A stretch of DNA of 64,000 nt from an uncultured Candidatus Saccharibacteria bacterium (GCA_964641225.1 CAZXKC010000001.1:23268-87267); one strand, 5' to 3'; numbered from the stretch's first letter, positions 47,527 through 57,799 are shown. Numbers and translations are program-made. The notes: generated by a model from the letters alone, not told the origin.

Positions 47527-47754
47527 ATGAAATATACTTACAAAATTGCTTCTTTCGTGCCAAAAGTCAAAGGTTGTGGCGCTCAGGACAACGGTTGGGA
47601 CCAGCAGCGTTGTGAGCAATTTCAGCTTTTTTTGAATAGTCATGCAGACGAGGGATGGAAGCTTCATTCTACTGAATATAGAAACGTAATCGTCAAAGGG
47701 TGCGGCGGAAAAAACGGTAATTTGTTAATCTGTACGTTCGAGAAACAGGCTTAA
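47527..47754 (+). CDS. Small DUF4177-like protein (75 aa)
   Basis: YTYK...GWKLHS pattern. Tentative. Confidence 0.35.
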   Translation: MKYTYKIASFVPKVKGCGAQDNGWDQQRCEQFQLFLNSHADEGWKLHSTEYRNVIVKGCGGKNGNLLICTFEKQA

Positions 47755-47966
47755 TGGCATGGCTCGCTAGACAATTAATTCTTTTTTATCAGCGGCATTT
47801 GCGAACGTTGCATAACCGGGAATGTATTTATTCTCCAACCTGTTCTGAGTATGCATTAATCGTGTTAAGAAAATATGGATTTTTTCACGGGATCTACTAT
47901 GCATATTTACGTATAAAGCGTTGTAACGGCGCTCTTTATCAAGGCGGCGAAGATTATCCTAATTAG
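47754..47966 (+). CDS. yidD: Membrane protein insertion efficiency factor YidD
   Basis: CIYSPTCSEYALIVLRKYG...RIKRCNG hemolytic-domain signature. TAATG overlap with the upstream gene. Confidence 0.65.
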   Translation: MAWLARQLILFYQRHLRTLHNRECIYSPTCSEYALIVLRKYGFFHGIYYAYLRIKRCNGALYQGGEDYPN

Positions 47967-48016
47967 GTGAGGTCGTGGCATAATTGAACCATCACTTTTT
48001 CGTCATATATAACCTA

Positions 48017-48220
48017 ATGAAGTACGTTAAATATCACAACGATGGCAGTGTCTGGGCTAAGGGCACTTTGGTCGAAGGGATCATGGAAGACAAGTGGGAA
48101 TGGTTTAGAAAAGATGGGACAAAGATGCGGGCCGGAAGTTTTAAGAAGGGTAAACAAATCGGAGAGTGGATTACGTATAATAAAAAAGGTGCGATAGTTA
48201 AGAAGACAATTATAAAATAA
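48017..48220 (+). CDS. MORN-variant (YwqK-like) repeat protein
   Basis: GxWxxYxxxG-type repeats (KWEWFRKDGTKMRAGSFKKGKQIGEWITYNKKG). Confidence 0.45.
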   Translation: MKYVKYHNDGSVWAKGTLVEGIMEDKWEWFRKDGTKMRAGSFKKGKQIGEWITYNKKGAIVKKTIIK

Positions 48221-48233
48221 TTTATATACCTAT

Positions 48234-48656
48234 ATGGATCCTGTAGTACATTTTGAAATGGGATACAATGATCGGGAGCGGGCGAAGAAATTTTATTCGA
48301 CAGCGTTTGGTTGGGAGATGCAGCAGATGGGAGCGGAGATGGGTAATTATGTTGTTGCTCACACGAGCGAGACCGACGCGAATGGCATGCTTAAGAAGCC
48401 CGGCATGATTAACGGCGGATTTTATGCAAAAACAGATAGCCCAGATTCGCAGGCGCCGTCTGTAGTGATTGCAGTTAAAGATATCAAGCAGTCCATGAAG
48501 GTGGTCGTTGAGGCTGGCGGTACGATTTTGGGCGGGATGGACCAGAAGGGTAATCGATCGATGGAGCCGCAGATGATTCCTGGTATTGGCCTGTGGATTT
48601 CTGCTATGGATACTGAGGGGAATCGTTTCTCGATCCTGCAACCTAATACCATGTAA
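48234..48656 (+). CDS. Glyoxalase/VOC family protein
   Basis: VHFEMGYND...FYSTAFGWEM and C-terminal EGNRFSIL. Confidence 0.6.
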   Translation: MDPVVHFEMGYNDRERAKKFYSTAFGWEMQQMGAEMGNYVVAHTSETDANGMLKKPGMINGGFYAKTDSPDSQAPSVVIAVKDIKQSMKVVVEAGGTILGGMDQKGNRSMEPQMIPGIGLWISAMDTEGNRFSILQPNTM

Positions 48657-48669
48657 TTAATAGATATTT

Positions 48670-49164
48670 ATGGCTCAAAAAATTACTCCGTTTCTGTGGT
48701 TTGATCGAAATTGTGAAGAGGCTTTGAATTTTTACGTATCGATTTTTAAGAACGCAAAGATTGTGAGCATAAAGCGTTATGAGCAGGATGTGCCGCAATC
48801 GGGCGTGACCGGGATGGTGGGCAAGGTGCTGACCGCTGTATTTGAGCTGGAGGGTCAGAGATTTATGGCGCTTGATGGTGGGCCGTACTTTAAACCAACA
48901 GCGGCAATTTCGTTGTATGTTGAATGCGCAGATCAGGCTGAGGTTGATCAGTATTGGGGTAAGTTGTCAGAAGGCGGCGATCCGAATGCGCAGCAGTGCG
49001 GATGGCTGATGGATAAGTTTGGTTTTTCGTGGCAGATTGTACCAAAGCGTCTACCTGAATTACTGAATGATCCGGATAAGGCAAAGGCGGGCCGGGCAAT
49101 GGCCGCGATGCTGCAGATGAAAAAAATTGATATTGCTACATTAGAAAAAGCTTTTGCTGGTTAG
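48670..49164 (+). CDS. PhnB-like / 3-demethylubiquinone-9 3-methyltransferase-domain (VOC superfamily) protein
   Basis: ITPFLWFDRNCEEALNFY is the family signature. Confidence 0.6.
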   Translation: MAQKITPFLWFDRNCEEALNFYVSIFKNAKIVSIKRYEQDVPQSGVTGMVGKVLTAVFELEGQRFMALDGGPYFKPTAAISLYVECADQAEVDQYWGKLSEGGDPNAQQCGWLMDKFGFSWQIVPKRLPELLNDPDKAKAGRAMAAMLQMKKIDIATLEKAFAG

Positions 49165-49170
49165 TCGCTT

Positions 49171-49965
49171 ATGAAACGATCATTTAGCATACTACTTGTT
49201 CTATTGATTCTTGGCATTATTGCATACGCTGTGATGTCTAAAAATGATTCCCAAAATCAAACTTCGCCGGTAACCGACACTCAGCCTGTTATGACATCAA
49301 TCGATGTCACTGCAATCTCTCACGCAACTGCCGTTTTAGATTGGGGCGGTACCAGTATTTATACTGATCCAGTTGGCGATGTAGCCGCATTCTCGGGCCA
49401 GTCGCGCCCAGACATTATTATGGTTACCGACATTCATGGTGACCACTTTAGTACAAGTACGCTCTCTGCTATCACTACGAGTTCAACACTACTTATTGTT
49501 CCTAAGGTGGTTGCTGATCAGCTACCAAAACAGCTGGCGAGTTCGACACGCGTACTTGCTAATGGCGAAATGGTATCGCGAAACGGTTTTACCATCACTG
49601 CTATCCCAATGTATAATCTGCCAGAAACCGCAGATGCCCGCCACACAAAAGGTCGCGGTAATGGCTACGTGATTGAGCGTGATGGTCGTCGCGTGTATGT
49701 TGCCGGTGATACTTCGGCAACTCCCGAAATGCAGGCTCTGCAGCATATTGAAATCGCATTTATTCCGATGAATATGCCGTTTACGATGAGTGTTGAGGAG
49801 GCAGCCGCTGGCGTGCTCGCATTTAAACCAGCCAAAGTGTATCCCTACCATTATCGCGGTCAGACTGGCTTGAGTGATATTAATAAGTTTAAACAACTTG
49901 TTAATGCCGGCGATCCAAATATCGAGGTTATTCTATTAAACTGGTATCCTGATAATGCGCAGTAA
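49171..49965 (+). CDS. Exported MBL-fold metal-dependent hydrolase
   Basis: N-terminal TM/signal segment. HGDH motif (DIIMVTDIHGDHFS). Confidence 0.55.
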   Translation: MKRSFSILLVLLILGIIAYAVMSKNDSQNQTSPVTDTQPVMTSIDVTAISHATAVLDWGGTSIYTDPVGDVAAFSGQSRPDIIMVTDIHGDHFSTSTLSAITTSSTLLIVPKVVADQLPKQLASSTRVLANGEMVSRNGFTITAIPMYNLPETADARHTKGRGNGYVIERDGRRVYVAGDTSATPEMQALQHIEIAFIPMNMPFTMSVEEAAAGVLAFKPAKVYPYHYRGQTGLSDINKFKQLVNAGDPNIEVILLNWYPDNAQ

Positions 49966-50070
49966 GAAGATCCTTAGAAAGGTTTGCAGCCGCGGACACA
50001 AATATAAAAGTCCTGGACCATGTCCGGTTTGTTGGCCCGGGCGCCTTAAAAAAATTAAGAAATAAAATAT

Positions 50071-50463
50071 ATGAGCTACGTTGATGGATTCGTAATAGTG
50101 CTTCCCAAGAAAAATATAGACGCCTATAAGGCAATGGCGACAGACGGCGCTAAGATTTGGCGTAAGCACGGTGCTCTTGATTACAAGGAGTGTGTTGGCG
50201 ACGATCTTCGTCCGCAGATGCCGGATATGCCTGATGTGCCTGGCATGAAGATGTGGAATTTCCCGGATATGGTCAAACTTAAAGAAGACGAGACGGTTGT
50301 GTTTTCCTATATTGTCTATAAAGACCGCGCTCACCGCGATGAGGTTAACGCAAAGGTTATGCAAGATCCGTATATGAACGATCCTGCGCAGAAAGATAAG
50401 CCAATGCCATTTGAAATGAACAAGATGGCCTACGGAGGTTTTACGGTGCTCGTTGAACAATAG
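50071..50463 (+). CDS. DUF1428-family protein
   Basis: MSYVDGFVIVLPKKNIDAYKAMA...FGGF pattern. Confidence 0.55.
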   Translation: MSYVDGFVIVLPKKNIDAYKAMATDGAKIWRKHGALDYKECVGDDLRPQMPDMPDVPGMKMWNFPDMVKLKEDETVVFSYIVYKDRAHRDEVNAKVMQDPYMNDPAQKDKPMPFEMNKMAYGGFTVLVEQ

Positions 50464-50467
50464 AGAG

Positions 50468-51283
50468 CTAACGACCTGCGTGCTTTCTAAATAATCGCGT
50501 TGCGATTGGTACTGCGATTATGATGATGCCGATACACCAAACGGCAGCGATCCAGCCGTGGTCACCAATCGGCTGTCCTGTCATGAGCGCACGAATTGCC
50601 TCGATCACGTGAGTAACCGGTTGATTTTCTGCGAAGAGGCGCAGAGCTTTTGGCATACTGGCAGTTGGCACGAAGGCGGCTGAGGCGAAGGTGAGCGGGA
50701 AGACAAGGAAGAATCCCATCCATTGAACTGCCTCGGCGCTTTTTGCGATCATTCCTAAGATTGCGGAGATCCAGGACATCGCGAGTGTGAACAGCAAGAT
50801 AATGCCAACAATCTCGAGCCACTGCAGAAGCGTTGCCTCCGGACGAAAGCCGACTAAAAAGCCGACGCTGATCATGATGACCGAGGCGATGATGTTGCGG
50901 AATAAGTCTGCCGTGATGTGACCGGTGATTACCGCCAGACTAAAGATCGGTAGCGATTTAAGTCGATCGATAATTCCTTTTTGCAGATCAGTAGCAACCG
51001 AGAGTGAGGTGGTGAGTGATCCAAACGCAACGGATTGCACGAGGATGCCGGCCATTAAAAAGTTTACATAGCTAATGCCGGTGTTAATTGCGCCGCCAAA
51101 TACATAACGGAACAAGAGCATAAACATGATCGGTTGGATCGTGAGCCCCAGCAGCTGGTCTTTATTTTTGAGGATGTGGGTGAGACTGCGTTTAATCAGT
51201 GTTACGCAGTCTATAAGCGTAAAGTAAAAACGCGAACCATGTTGAGGTTTAACCTCTCCCGTCATGTAGGGTTGTGTAGTCAT
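50468..51283 (-). CDS. ABC-2 type transporter permease
   Basis: Six predicted TM helices. Directly downstream of, and coupled to, the ABC ATPase. Confidence 0.7.
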   Translation of the reverse strand: MTTQPYMTGEVKPQHGSRFYFTLIDCVTLIKRSLTHILKNKDQLLGLTIQPIMFMLLFRYVFGGAINTGISYVNFLMAGILVQSVAFGSLTTSLSVATDLQKGIIDRLKSLPIFSLAVITGHITADLFRNIIASVIMISVGFLVGFRPEATLLQWLEIVGIILLFTLAMSWISAILGMIAKSAEAVQWMGFFLVFPLTFASAAFVPTASMPKALRLFAENQPVTHVIEAIRALMTGQPIGDHGWIAAVWCIGIIIIAVPIATRLFRKHAGR

Positions 51284-51284
51284 A

Positions 51285-52244
51285 TTATTTTGTCTCTTCG
51301 CTTATTTTTTCGGCCTTGTGTCCCGTTAAATTCAAAAATACGTCGTCAAGAGTCGGCTTGTGTAGTGATAGTGTTTCAATTTCAATTCCGCCAGCTGAAA
51401 CCTGGTCAAGGATTCGTTTAACCTCAGTGACGCTACCATCGGTAGCTAGGCTGATCGTTCGCTCCTGCGCGTTTTTTTGTATAGCTTCGCCCTTAATAAG
51501 GCCAATGGCTTTTTCAAAATCAGTAGAGGATTTAATAGTCAGCTCAAGTCGCTCTTTGCCAACGCGTGATTTTAATTCTGCCGCAGTGCCTTGTGCGATA
51601 ATTTTACCGCCATCGATAACTGCAATTTTGTCTGCAAGTTGATCCGCCTCTTCAAGATACTGAGTTGTCAGTAAGATGGTTACATCGGCCTCAACAAGTT
51701 TTTTGATAACAGACCACATTGCAAGCCGGCTGCGCGGATCAAGTCCTGTGGTTGGTTCGTCTAAAAAGATCACCGGAGGAGTGGCAATCAGTGAAAGCGC
51801 CAAATCAAGTCGGCGGCGCATACCACCGGAATACGTTTTAACCTGTCGATTTGCCGCATCAACAAGGTCGAACATTTCCAGTAGCTCTTGTGCTCTGCGT
51901 TTGGCGTCGGCCTTGCTGAGGTGATAGAGCCGGCCCATCATGTGTAGGTTTTCAGTCGCAGTCAGATACTCGTCGACGGCGGCGTATTGGCCGGTTAGAC
52001 CAATACTCTCGCGTACGTTGTGGGCCTGGGTGGCAACATTAAAGCCATTGACGGTCACTGTTCCTTCGTCTTGAGCGAGTAGCGTACTTAAGATACGGAT
52101 CGTGGTTGTCTTGCCGGCGCCGTTTGGCCCGAGGAGCGCCAACATCGTTCCGCGCTCGACCTCCAGATTAACTCCCTTTAACACGTCGTTATTCTTAAAA
52201 GATTTTTTAAGATTTTTAACGACGATTGCGTTATCGTGTGGCAT
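51285..52244 (-). CDS. ABC transporter ATP-binding protein (DrrA-like exporter ATPase)
   Basis: Walker A GPNGAGKTT, signature YSGGMRRRL and Walker B IFLDEPTTGLD. The Met at 52244 (MPHDNAIVVKNL) is preferred over the ORF start at 52283. Confidence 0.85.
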   Translation of the reverse strand: MPHDNAIVVKNLKKSFKNNDVLKGVNLEVERGTMLALLGPNGAGKTTTIRILSTLLAQDEGTVTVNGFNVATQAHNVRESIGLTGQYAAVDEYLTATENLHMMGRLYHLSKADAKRRAQELLEMFDLVDAANRQVKTYSGGMRRRLDLALSLIATPPVIFLDEPTTGLDPRSRLAMWSVIKKLVEADVTILLTTQYLEEADQLADKIAVIDGGKIIAQGTAAELKSRVGKERLELTIKSSTDFEKAIGLIKGEAIQKNAQERTISLATDGSVTEVKRILDQVSAGGIEIETLSLHKPTLDDVFLNLTGHKAEKISEETK

Positions 52245-52267
52245 AGTGAAAATTTTAAGATGAGGTC

Positions 52268-52346
52268 TAGTATACCCCCACACCTAAGATTTGGGTAGTT
52301 GCGTTTATTATTAATAGCTCCATGCCTTAGGTGTGGGGGTATACTA
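52268..52346. promoter_or_regulatory. Perfect 21-bp inverted repeat (tagtatacccccacacctaag ... cttaggtgtgggggtatacta) with a 37-nt spacer, between the DoxX-like gene and the ABC operon start
   Basis: Read directly. No flanking U-tract, so a protein operator or processing site is favoured over a simple terminator. Confidence 0.4.
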
Positions 52347-52396
52347 CTGACGCTCTATTTATGAAAGGCATTAGATTCTCGGGCCTTCAGAGGGGA

Positions 52397-52813
52397 TTAG
52401 TCCATCCCGTGTACCACTTCGCCTGCCGGTTCCTTGCGGGTTAGACAGTATATATCATCGCCAAATAGCGCCGTAGCCAGCGTGGCAAAACTAAGTCCAA
52501 AATCGCGTACACCAACTGCAGTGAGGCCGAGGTGTGAGGTGATTACAAAGAGGTGAATAGCAAGGAGGCCGGCGACCCAACGGACGTATATGCCGGTGCC
52601 AAGTAAAAGAGCGCATACTACCTCTAAGACTCCGTTGGCGTGCACGATATCAAGTGCGGTCAGGCCGGCTACTGCCGTGGCCCAGCTCGGTACAAGATTT
52701 ACCCAGGCGGCCCCATTAACAAGCTGGGATACGCCAAACCAGGTGAATACGGCCGTTAATCCAAGTCGGAGGACAATCGGCGCATACTGTGGCCATGTGT
52801 GAGTGTTGATCAT
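52397..52813 (-). CDS. DoxX-family membrane protein
   Basis: Four TM helices in a DoxX-like pattern. Confidence 0.5.
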   Translation of the reverse strand: MINTHTWPQYAPIVLRLGLTAVFTWFGVSQLVNGAAWVNLVPSWATAVAGLTALDIVHANGVLEVVCALLLGTGIYVRWVAGLLAIHLFVITSHLGLTAVGVRDFGLSFATLATALFGDDIYCLTRKEPAGEVVHGMD

Positions 52814-52818
52814 GGTAT

Positions 52819-53211
52819 TTATTTTTTAAGCACACCGATTTTAAATGACGCCAGCGCGCTTTCTGGTCCGCCTTGTCCGGCGTGTTGGTTATTGAAGGTT
52901 GAGGAGCCGTCTGTGCCGCACAATTTTATAATTGCAGATTCACCGCCTGGGTGCTGGGCGATCCAGGAGGTCAGGTCGTAGACTGAGCCGTTTACTGTCG
53001 TCCAACAACTTTTTGTATCTTTGTGTGTTGCAACTTGAGCCAGCGTGTAGGGCGTCGTTGGATTTACTACTGTTGCAGTCGAGGAGGCCGTCTGCGTACT
53101 GCCCGGCCTCCGCCCAGATCCGCTTGTCTGCGGTTGGCTGTAGGCTATGGTTGCTGATGCGGCGAAGACAATGAGTCCTAGCGTAAGACCAATAATTTTT
53201 TGTTTAGGCAT
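52819..53211 (-). CDS. Exported cytochrome b5-like heme-binding domain protein
   Basis: Signal peptide. HPGG motif in YTLAQVATHKDTKSCWTTVNGSVYDLTSWIAQHPGG. Confidence 0.55.
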   Translation of the reverse strand: MPKQKIIGLTLGLIVFAASATIAYSQPQTSGSGRRPGSTQTASSTATVVNPTTPYTLAQVATHKDTKSCWTTVNGSVYDLTSWIAQHPGGESAIIKLCGTDGSSTFNNQHAGQGGPESALASFKIGVLKK

Positions 53212-53328
53212 ATGCTTATATACTATACTACACGCTCGGTGAGCATGTATTTCATATGACGTTCTAAGTGTATCGATGATTATTCGTCAGGTATACTATC
53301 TGTAAGACCTACTAAATACAATTTATAT

Positions 53329-53730
53329 ATGGATAAAGTACAGCATTTTGAAATTCCGGCAGATGATCTTGCGCGCGCTCGAAAATTTTATGAAGCGGTA
53401 TTTGATTGGAAGACCTCAGATTTTCCAATGCCTGATGGCTCGCAGTATGTTGGCCTGCATACCGTGGAGGTTGATGAGAAGACCCATATGCCTAAAGAGG
53501 TTGCTTCTATTAATGGAGGTATGTTTAAGCGTGGCGGCACATTTCCGATTACGGCACCCACGGTCGCCGTTGTAGTGGCCGACATCAGCGCTGCAATCGA
53601 AAAAGTAAAATCAAACGGCGGCAGCGTGCTCATGGATGTTATGAATATGGCGGGAATGGGTCTGTATGCATACGTGAAAGATTCTGAGGGAAATATAATT
53701 GGCGTGTGGCAGGAATTAAAGAAATCGTAA
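53329..53730 (+). CDS. Glyoxalase/VOC family protein
   Basis: VQHFEIPADDLARARKFYEAVFDW and C-terminal DSEGNIIGV. Confidence 0.6.
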   Translation: MDKVQHFEIPADDLARARKFYEAVFDWKTSDFPMPDGSQYVGLHTVEVDEKTHMPKEVASINGGMFKRGGTFPITAPTVAVVVADISAAIEKVKSNGGSVLMDVMNMAGMGLYAYVKDSEGNIIGVWQELKKS

Positions 53731-53733
53731 TAT

Positions 53734-54357
53734 ATGAATCGAAAAACGCTTATCGGAATTATTGTTGTCCTGGTTGCTGCAGTTGGCTTCAGTATCTATC
53801 TCAAGCCGACTGTGCCGGCTGGTCAGGTGTGTACGATGGAGGCGAAGATGTGTCCGGATGGTAGTTATGTTGGCCGAACTGGTCCGATGTGTGAGTTTGC
53901 AGCCTGCCCCGCGGCCGGCTCAACCTCTGGAGTTCTGTGGAATACAACTACTGATGCTGCGCAGAAGATTACCTATCAATATCCAGATCATCTGCTGACT
54001 ACATTTATTGCGTCGGTTGATTGGCCACCCCAAGTTCGTATCACGAGCGGATCATTTTCGTGTCTTGAAGCCGGATCTGAAATAGGGCGGGCTGGTAAGA
54101 CTGAAAAGCGTATGGTGGGTAATCGTATGTATTGTCTGACGCGCGAAAGCGAGGGGGCTGCCGGTAGCGTGTATACCATGTATGCGTACATCACTGAAAA
54201 GCAGGGGAGGTTGATTACGCTTACATTTAGTCTGCGTGCGCCACAATGTGATAATTACGATGATCCGCAAAAAACTGAGTGTAAAAATGAGCGGGAAACC
54301 TTTGATATAGATGGCGTTGTTGATCGTATCGTTGAGAGTATTCAGTTCACACAGTAG
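53734..54357 (+). CDS. Exported Cys-rich protein (207 aa), hypothetical
   Basis: N-terminal signal/TM segment and eight or more cysteines. Confidence 0.4.
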   Translation: MNRKTLIGIIVVLVAAVGFSIYLKPTVPAGQVCTMEAKMCPDGSYVGRTGPMCEFAACPAAGSTSGVLWNTTTDAAQKITYQYPDHLLTTFIASVDWPPQVRITSGSFSCLEAGSEIGRAGKTEKRMVGNRMYCLTRESEGAAGSVYTMYAYITEKQGRLITLTFSLRAPQCDNYDDPQKTECKNERETFDIDGVVDRIVESIQFTQ

Positions 54358-54753
54358 AGGATCCCGAGCTTGGCTATCCGTTTTTAATTGCAAACGCAGG
54401 TTTTCCGGTTGTCGTGAGTCAATTCCATTGGTTATTTTCAATGATGATTCCGATATCATTTTTAGGTTCGCTGCTGATCTACCGAGGGATTCGTAGCGCA
54501 GCACTGCCGCAGGCAAAAAATATCGATATCTATCTTGCGGGTTGGTTTCTGCAGTTATTTCGACGTGGACGATACTGCATTATTCATCGCAATTTTGGTT
54601 TATTGCTGTGCTAACGACGGCCACGCTCTATGTGCTTAAAAGTACAAGCGTGATTCTTTTGACGTGCGCATTTGCCCTTGCGGGTCGCGGTCAGACCGTT
54701 AGGCAGCGGTAGGGCTTGACTCTTTTTATTAAAAAGGATACTATTGTATCCTT

Positions 54754-56052
54754 ATGGAAAATCAGGTTCCGCAGACAGAGGCTAATTTTTTCGGTCTTGG
54801 GATTGCTCCTAAGTTGTTAGAAATTCTTGCCAGTAAAAAATTTGTAACCCCAACGCCGATCCAGCAGCGTTCTATTCCGATTGCGCTTGAAGGAAAAGAT
54901 TTGGTTGGTATCGCGCAAACCGGCACCGGTAAAACTCTGGCGTTTGGTATTCCGCTGCTTCAGCGACTTGCGAGCATGAAAGGCGCTCGAGGGTTAATTT
55001 TGGTTCCTACGCGTGAACTTGCCTTGCAGGTAGATGAGTCGCTGCGCGCGCTGGCTACACCGCTGGGGGCTAAGACCTGTGTAGTAATTGGTGGAGCATC
55101 AATGTATAACCAGGTGATGCAGTTGCGCCGCAATCCGCATATTATTATCGCTACCCCAGGTCGGTTAAACGACCACCTTGAGTCAGGCAGCGTGAATCTC
55201 TCACAGGTAAAAATTCTCGTGCTTGATGAGGCGGACCGCATGCTCGACATGGGTTTTGAGCCTCAAATTAGTCGGATTTTGACGACGGTTTCCAAAGAGC
55301 GTCAGACGCTCTTGTTCTCGGCGACCATGCCAGACCAAATTGTAAAAATTGCGCAGAAATATATGCAGCTACCGCTACGTGTTGAGGTTGCGCGCGCCGG
55401 TACGGCTGCTGAAAAGGTGATTCAAGGATTATTTATTGTCCAAAAATTTGCTAAGACGCAATTGCTTGCCTCGCTACTCAGTCAGTATCGCGGTACCGTA
55501 CTCGTGTTCGTTCGCACAAAGCATGGTGCTCACCGGTTGACGCGTGATTTACACGCACTTGGGTATACCGCCGCAGAAATTCACGGCGACCGTTCGCTCT
55601 CTCAACGCAAAGAGGCGCTTTCTGGATTTAAGACAGGCAAGTATCGTATTTTGGTGGCGACTGATATTGCCGCGCGCGGTATTGATGTTAATGGAATCGA
55701 GCTGGTGCTTAACTTTGATCTGCCGACAAATCCGGAGGATTATGTGCACCGTATTGGCCGTACTGGCCGCGCCGGAATGGCCGGCCGCGCTATCTCGCTG
55801 GCTACACCGGATCAGCGCAATGATGTGCGTACGATTGAGCGACTCATGCGCATTGTCTTGCCGATTTTGAAATTACCTGCAGATATGCCGGCGCTTCCGC
55901 CGATGCCAAAACACGAATATATTGAAACACCAGCGCGCGGACCACGTCGTCCTTCATATGGCGGCGGTAATCGTTCGGGGGGATTTGGCCAACGCCGTTT
56001 CGGCGGCAGTGGGCCTTCTCGCGGCGGTAATCGCTTCGGTGGCCGCAGGTAG
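54754..56052 (+). CDS. DEAD-box ATP-dependent RNA helicase with a Gly/Arg-rich C-terminal tail
   Basis: Q motif (PTPIQ), motif I AQTGTGKT, DEAD, SAT, HRIGRTGR, and an RGG-type tail. Confidence 0.9.
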   Translation: MENQVPQTEANFFGLGIAPKLLEILASKKFVTPTPIQQRSIPIALEGKDLVGIAQTGTGKTLAFGIPLLQRLASMKGARGLILVPTRELALQVDESLRALATPLGAKTCVVIGGASMYNQVMQLRRNPHIIIATPGRLNDHLESGSVNLSQVKILVLDEADRMLDMGFEPQISRILTTVSKERQTLLFSATMPDQIVKIAQKYMQLPLRVEVARAGTAAEKVIQGLFIVQKFAKTQLLASLLSQYRGTVLVFVRTKHGAHRLTRDLHALGYTAAEIHGDRSLSQRKEALSGFKTGKYRILVATDIAARGIDVNGIELVLNFDLPTNPEDYVHRIGRTGRAGMAGRAISLATPDQRNDVRTIERLMRIVLPILKLPADMPALPPMPKHEYIETPARGPRRPSYGGGNRSGGFGQRRFGGSGPSRGGNRFGGRR

Positions 56053-56079
56053 ACAGTGTCTTTTTTTTGCGTTTTTCAA

Positions 56080-56119
56080 CATATCACTATCTAGGACGGC
56101 CGTCCTAGATAGTGATATG
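56080..56119. terminator. 40-nt perfect palindrome between the convergent helicase and trmH genes (probable bidirectional terminator)
   Basis: catatcactatctaggacggccgtcctagatagtgatatg, with a T-run on the upstream side. Confidence 0.5.
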
Positions 56120-56135
56120 TGTGCACAGTTTAATG

Positions 56136-56726
56136 TTAGCGTTTCTTGAAATCAGCCAGCAGTTTTGTGGCTTCTTTTTTAGAAAGTTGAAATTTATTGG
56201 CTCCTTGCGCAATTCGCTGGCGTACGATTTCGTAGAGAAAGATTGCCGCCGTGACCGATACATTGAAGCTTTGTACAAAGCCGGCCATGGGCAGATAGAG
56301 TTTGTAGTTGGCGAGCGTTGCCGCCTCGGGCGAGACGCCGCGGTGTTCATTGCCCATCACAAGGGCCATCTTTTGTGCTGCGAGATCTTTTGTGTAGAGA
56401 TTTTCTGCCTGCGAATCGAGAATTGTAACTGCGATCTTGTATCCTTTCTTTTTTAATTCTTTAAAACATTCTTTGGTTGAGGTGAATATATGGAAGGTGA
56501 GCCACTTGTTAGCCGAAGAGGATGAGACCTTGCCGACCCGGCGCGGATTGTAACGTTTTTCTTTGTCAAAAATAACATACACCTCCTGAATACCGAGCCC
56601 TTCTGCTGTGCGAAGCATGGCCGCCGCGTTATGCGGATCATGAATATCTTCAAGCACAAGGACGAGTCCGGACTGGCGGTGTTCGGCGACGGTGCGTAGT
56701 TTTTTGAGGCGTTTTTCAGAAAGCAT
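56136..56726 (-). CDS. SpoU/TrmH-family tRNA/rRNA 2'-O-methyltransferase
   Basis: LVLVLEDIHDPHNAAAMLRTAEGLG plus the C-terminal SPOUT knot motifs. Confidence 0.8.
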   Translation of the reverse strand: MLSEKRLKKLRTVAEHRQSGLVLVLEDIHDPHNAAAMLRTAEGLGIQEVYVIFDKEKRYNPRRVGKVSSSSANKWLTFHIFTSTKECFKELKKKGYKIAVTILDSQAENLYTKDLAAQKMALVMGNEHRGVSPEAATLANYKLYLPMAGFVQSFNVSVTAAIFLYEIVRQRIAQGANKFQLSKKEATKLLADFKKR

Positions 56727-56764
56727 ATGCGTAGTAAGACTATGCTATAGTAAAAGAACTTTTT

Positions 56765-57658
56765 ATGCCAATAGGCCCCTTACTGATCTTTATCGCCGCC
56801 GTGCTCTGGGGGATTGATGGTATATTGCGTCGTAGTCTGTATTCACTTCCGCCGATTACGATTGTGTTTTATGAACACATCATCGGCGCACTTTTGATTT
56901 TGCCGTTTTTCCTGCGCGTATATAAAAAGGAACGCCTTACGAGGCAGGAGTGGTTGGCCATGGGAACCGTTGCGTTGTTTAGCGGCTTACTTGGGACGCT
57001 CTTTTTCACAACTGCTTTGGCAAAAGTTAACTTTATTCCATTTTCAGTTGTATTTTTACTTCAAAAACTGCAACCGATTTTTACGGTTATCACGGCTTGG
57101 ATTGTGCTTAAAGAAAAGCCAACCAAACAGTATTGGCTCTGGGCTGCACTGGCTGTCGGCGCGGCATATTTTGTAACTTTCCCGGGCGGAGCCGTGAATG
57201 TAGCGACGGGCGTTGGAACGCTTGCTGCGGCTGGGTTTGCAGTACTTGCGGCGCTCTGTTGGGGATCAACCACGGCCTTTTCGCGCTACACGTTATTGAA
57301 TCACTCCAACACATTTGTCACCGGTCTGCGATTTTTTCTCACAATTCTCTTTGCAATTCCGGCGTTGTTTATTCTCGGTGCAACGCCGCAGGTTACTGAC
57401 GTGGGCGGCGGGGAGGTGCTGCGCTTGGTTGCCATCGCACTTTCGAGCGGGCTCGTCGCCCTTTGGATTTATTATCGAGGGCTTAAAACAACCAAGGCTT
57501 CTGTCGCAACCATCGTAGAGTTGGCCTTTCCATTAACCGCTGTTTTTATTGATTATTTTTTGTATCACACCACGCTTGCTCCGAGTCAGTATATTGCCGC
57601 TCTAGTGCTGTTGTTCGCGGTCTATAAGGTAAGCAGATTGAATAAGGCGACGGCTTAA
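56765..57658 (+). CDS. EamA/DMT-family transporter
   Basis: Ten TM helices in two EamA repeats. Confidence 0.7.
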   Translation: MPIGPLLIFIAAVLWGIDGILRRSLYSLPPITIVFYEHIIGALLILPFFLRVYKKERLTRQEWLAMGTVALFSGLLGTLFFTTALAKVNFIPFSVVFLLQKLQPIFTVITAWIVLKEKPTKQYWLWAALAVGAAYFVTFPGGAVNVATGVGTLAAAGFAVLAALCWGSTTAFSRYTLLNHSNTFVTGLRFFLTILFAIPALFILGATPQVTDVGGGEVLRLVAIALSSGLVALWIYYRGLKTTKASVATIVELAFPLTAVFIDYFLYHTTLAPSQYIAALVLLFAVYKVSRLNKATA

Positions 57659-57799
57659 AGGCTGTGAATCGGTCTTGATTAGGTGTTTTTATAATTTAAT
57701 AAGAGCAGTTCTTTGCTTTTATTGCATTTTTGCTTTAAAATATATTTCCGCGAAATTTGGTCGCTACTATTCTCAAACCCAGGAGAGATTGCTTTGGAA

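Noticed and set aside
52268-52346. Intrinsic terminator for the DoxX-like gene
   Set aside because: A perfect 21-bp stem but no U-tract on either strand. Kept as a candidate operator instead.
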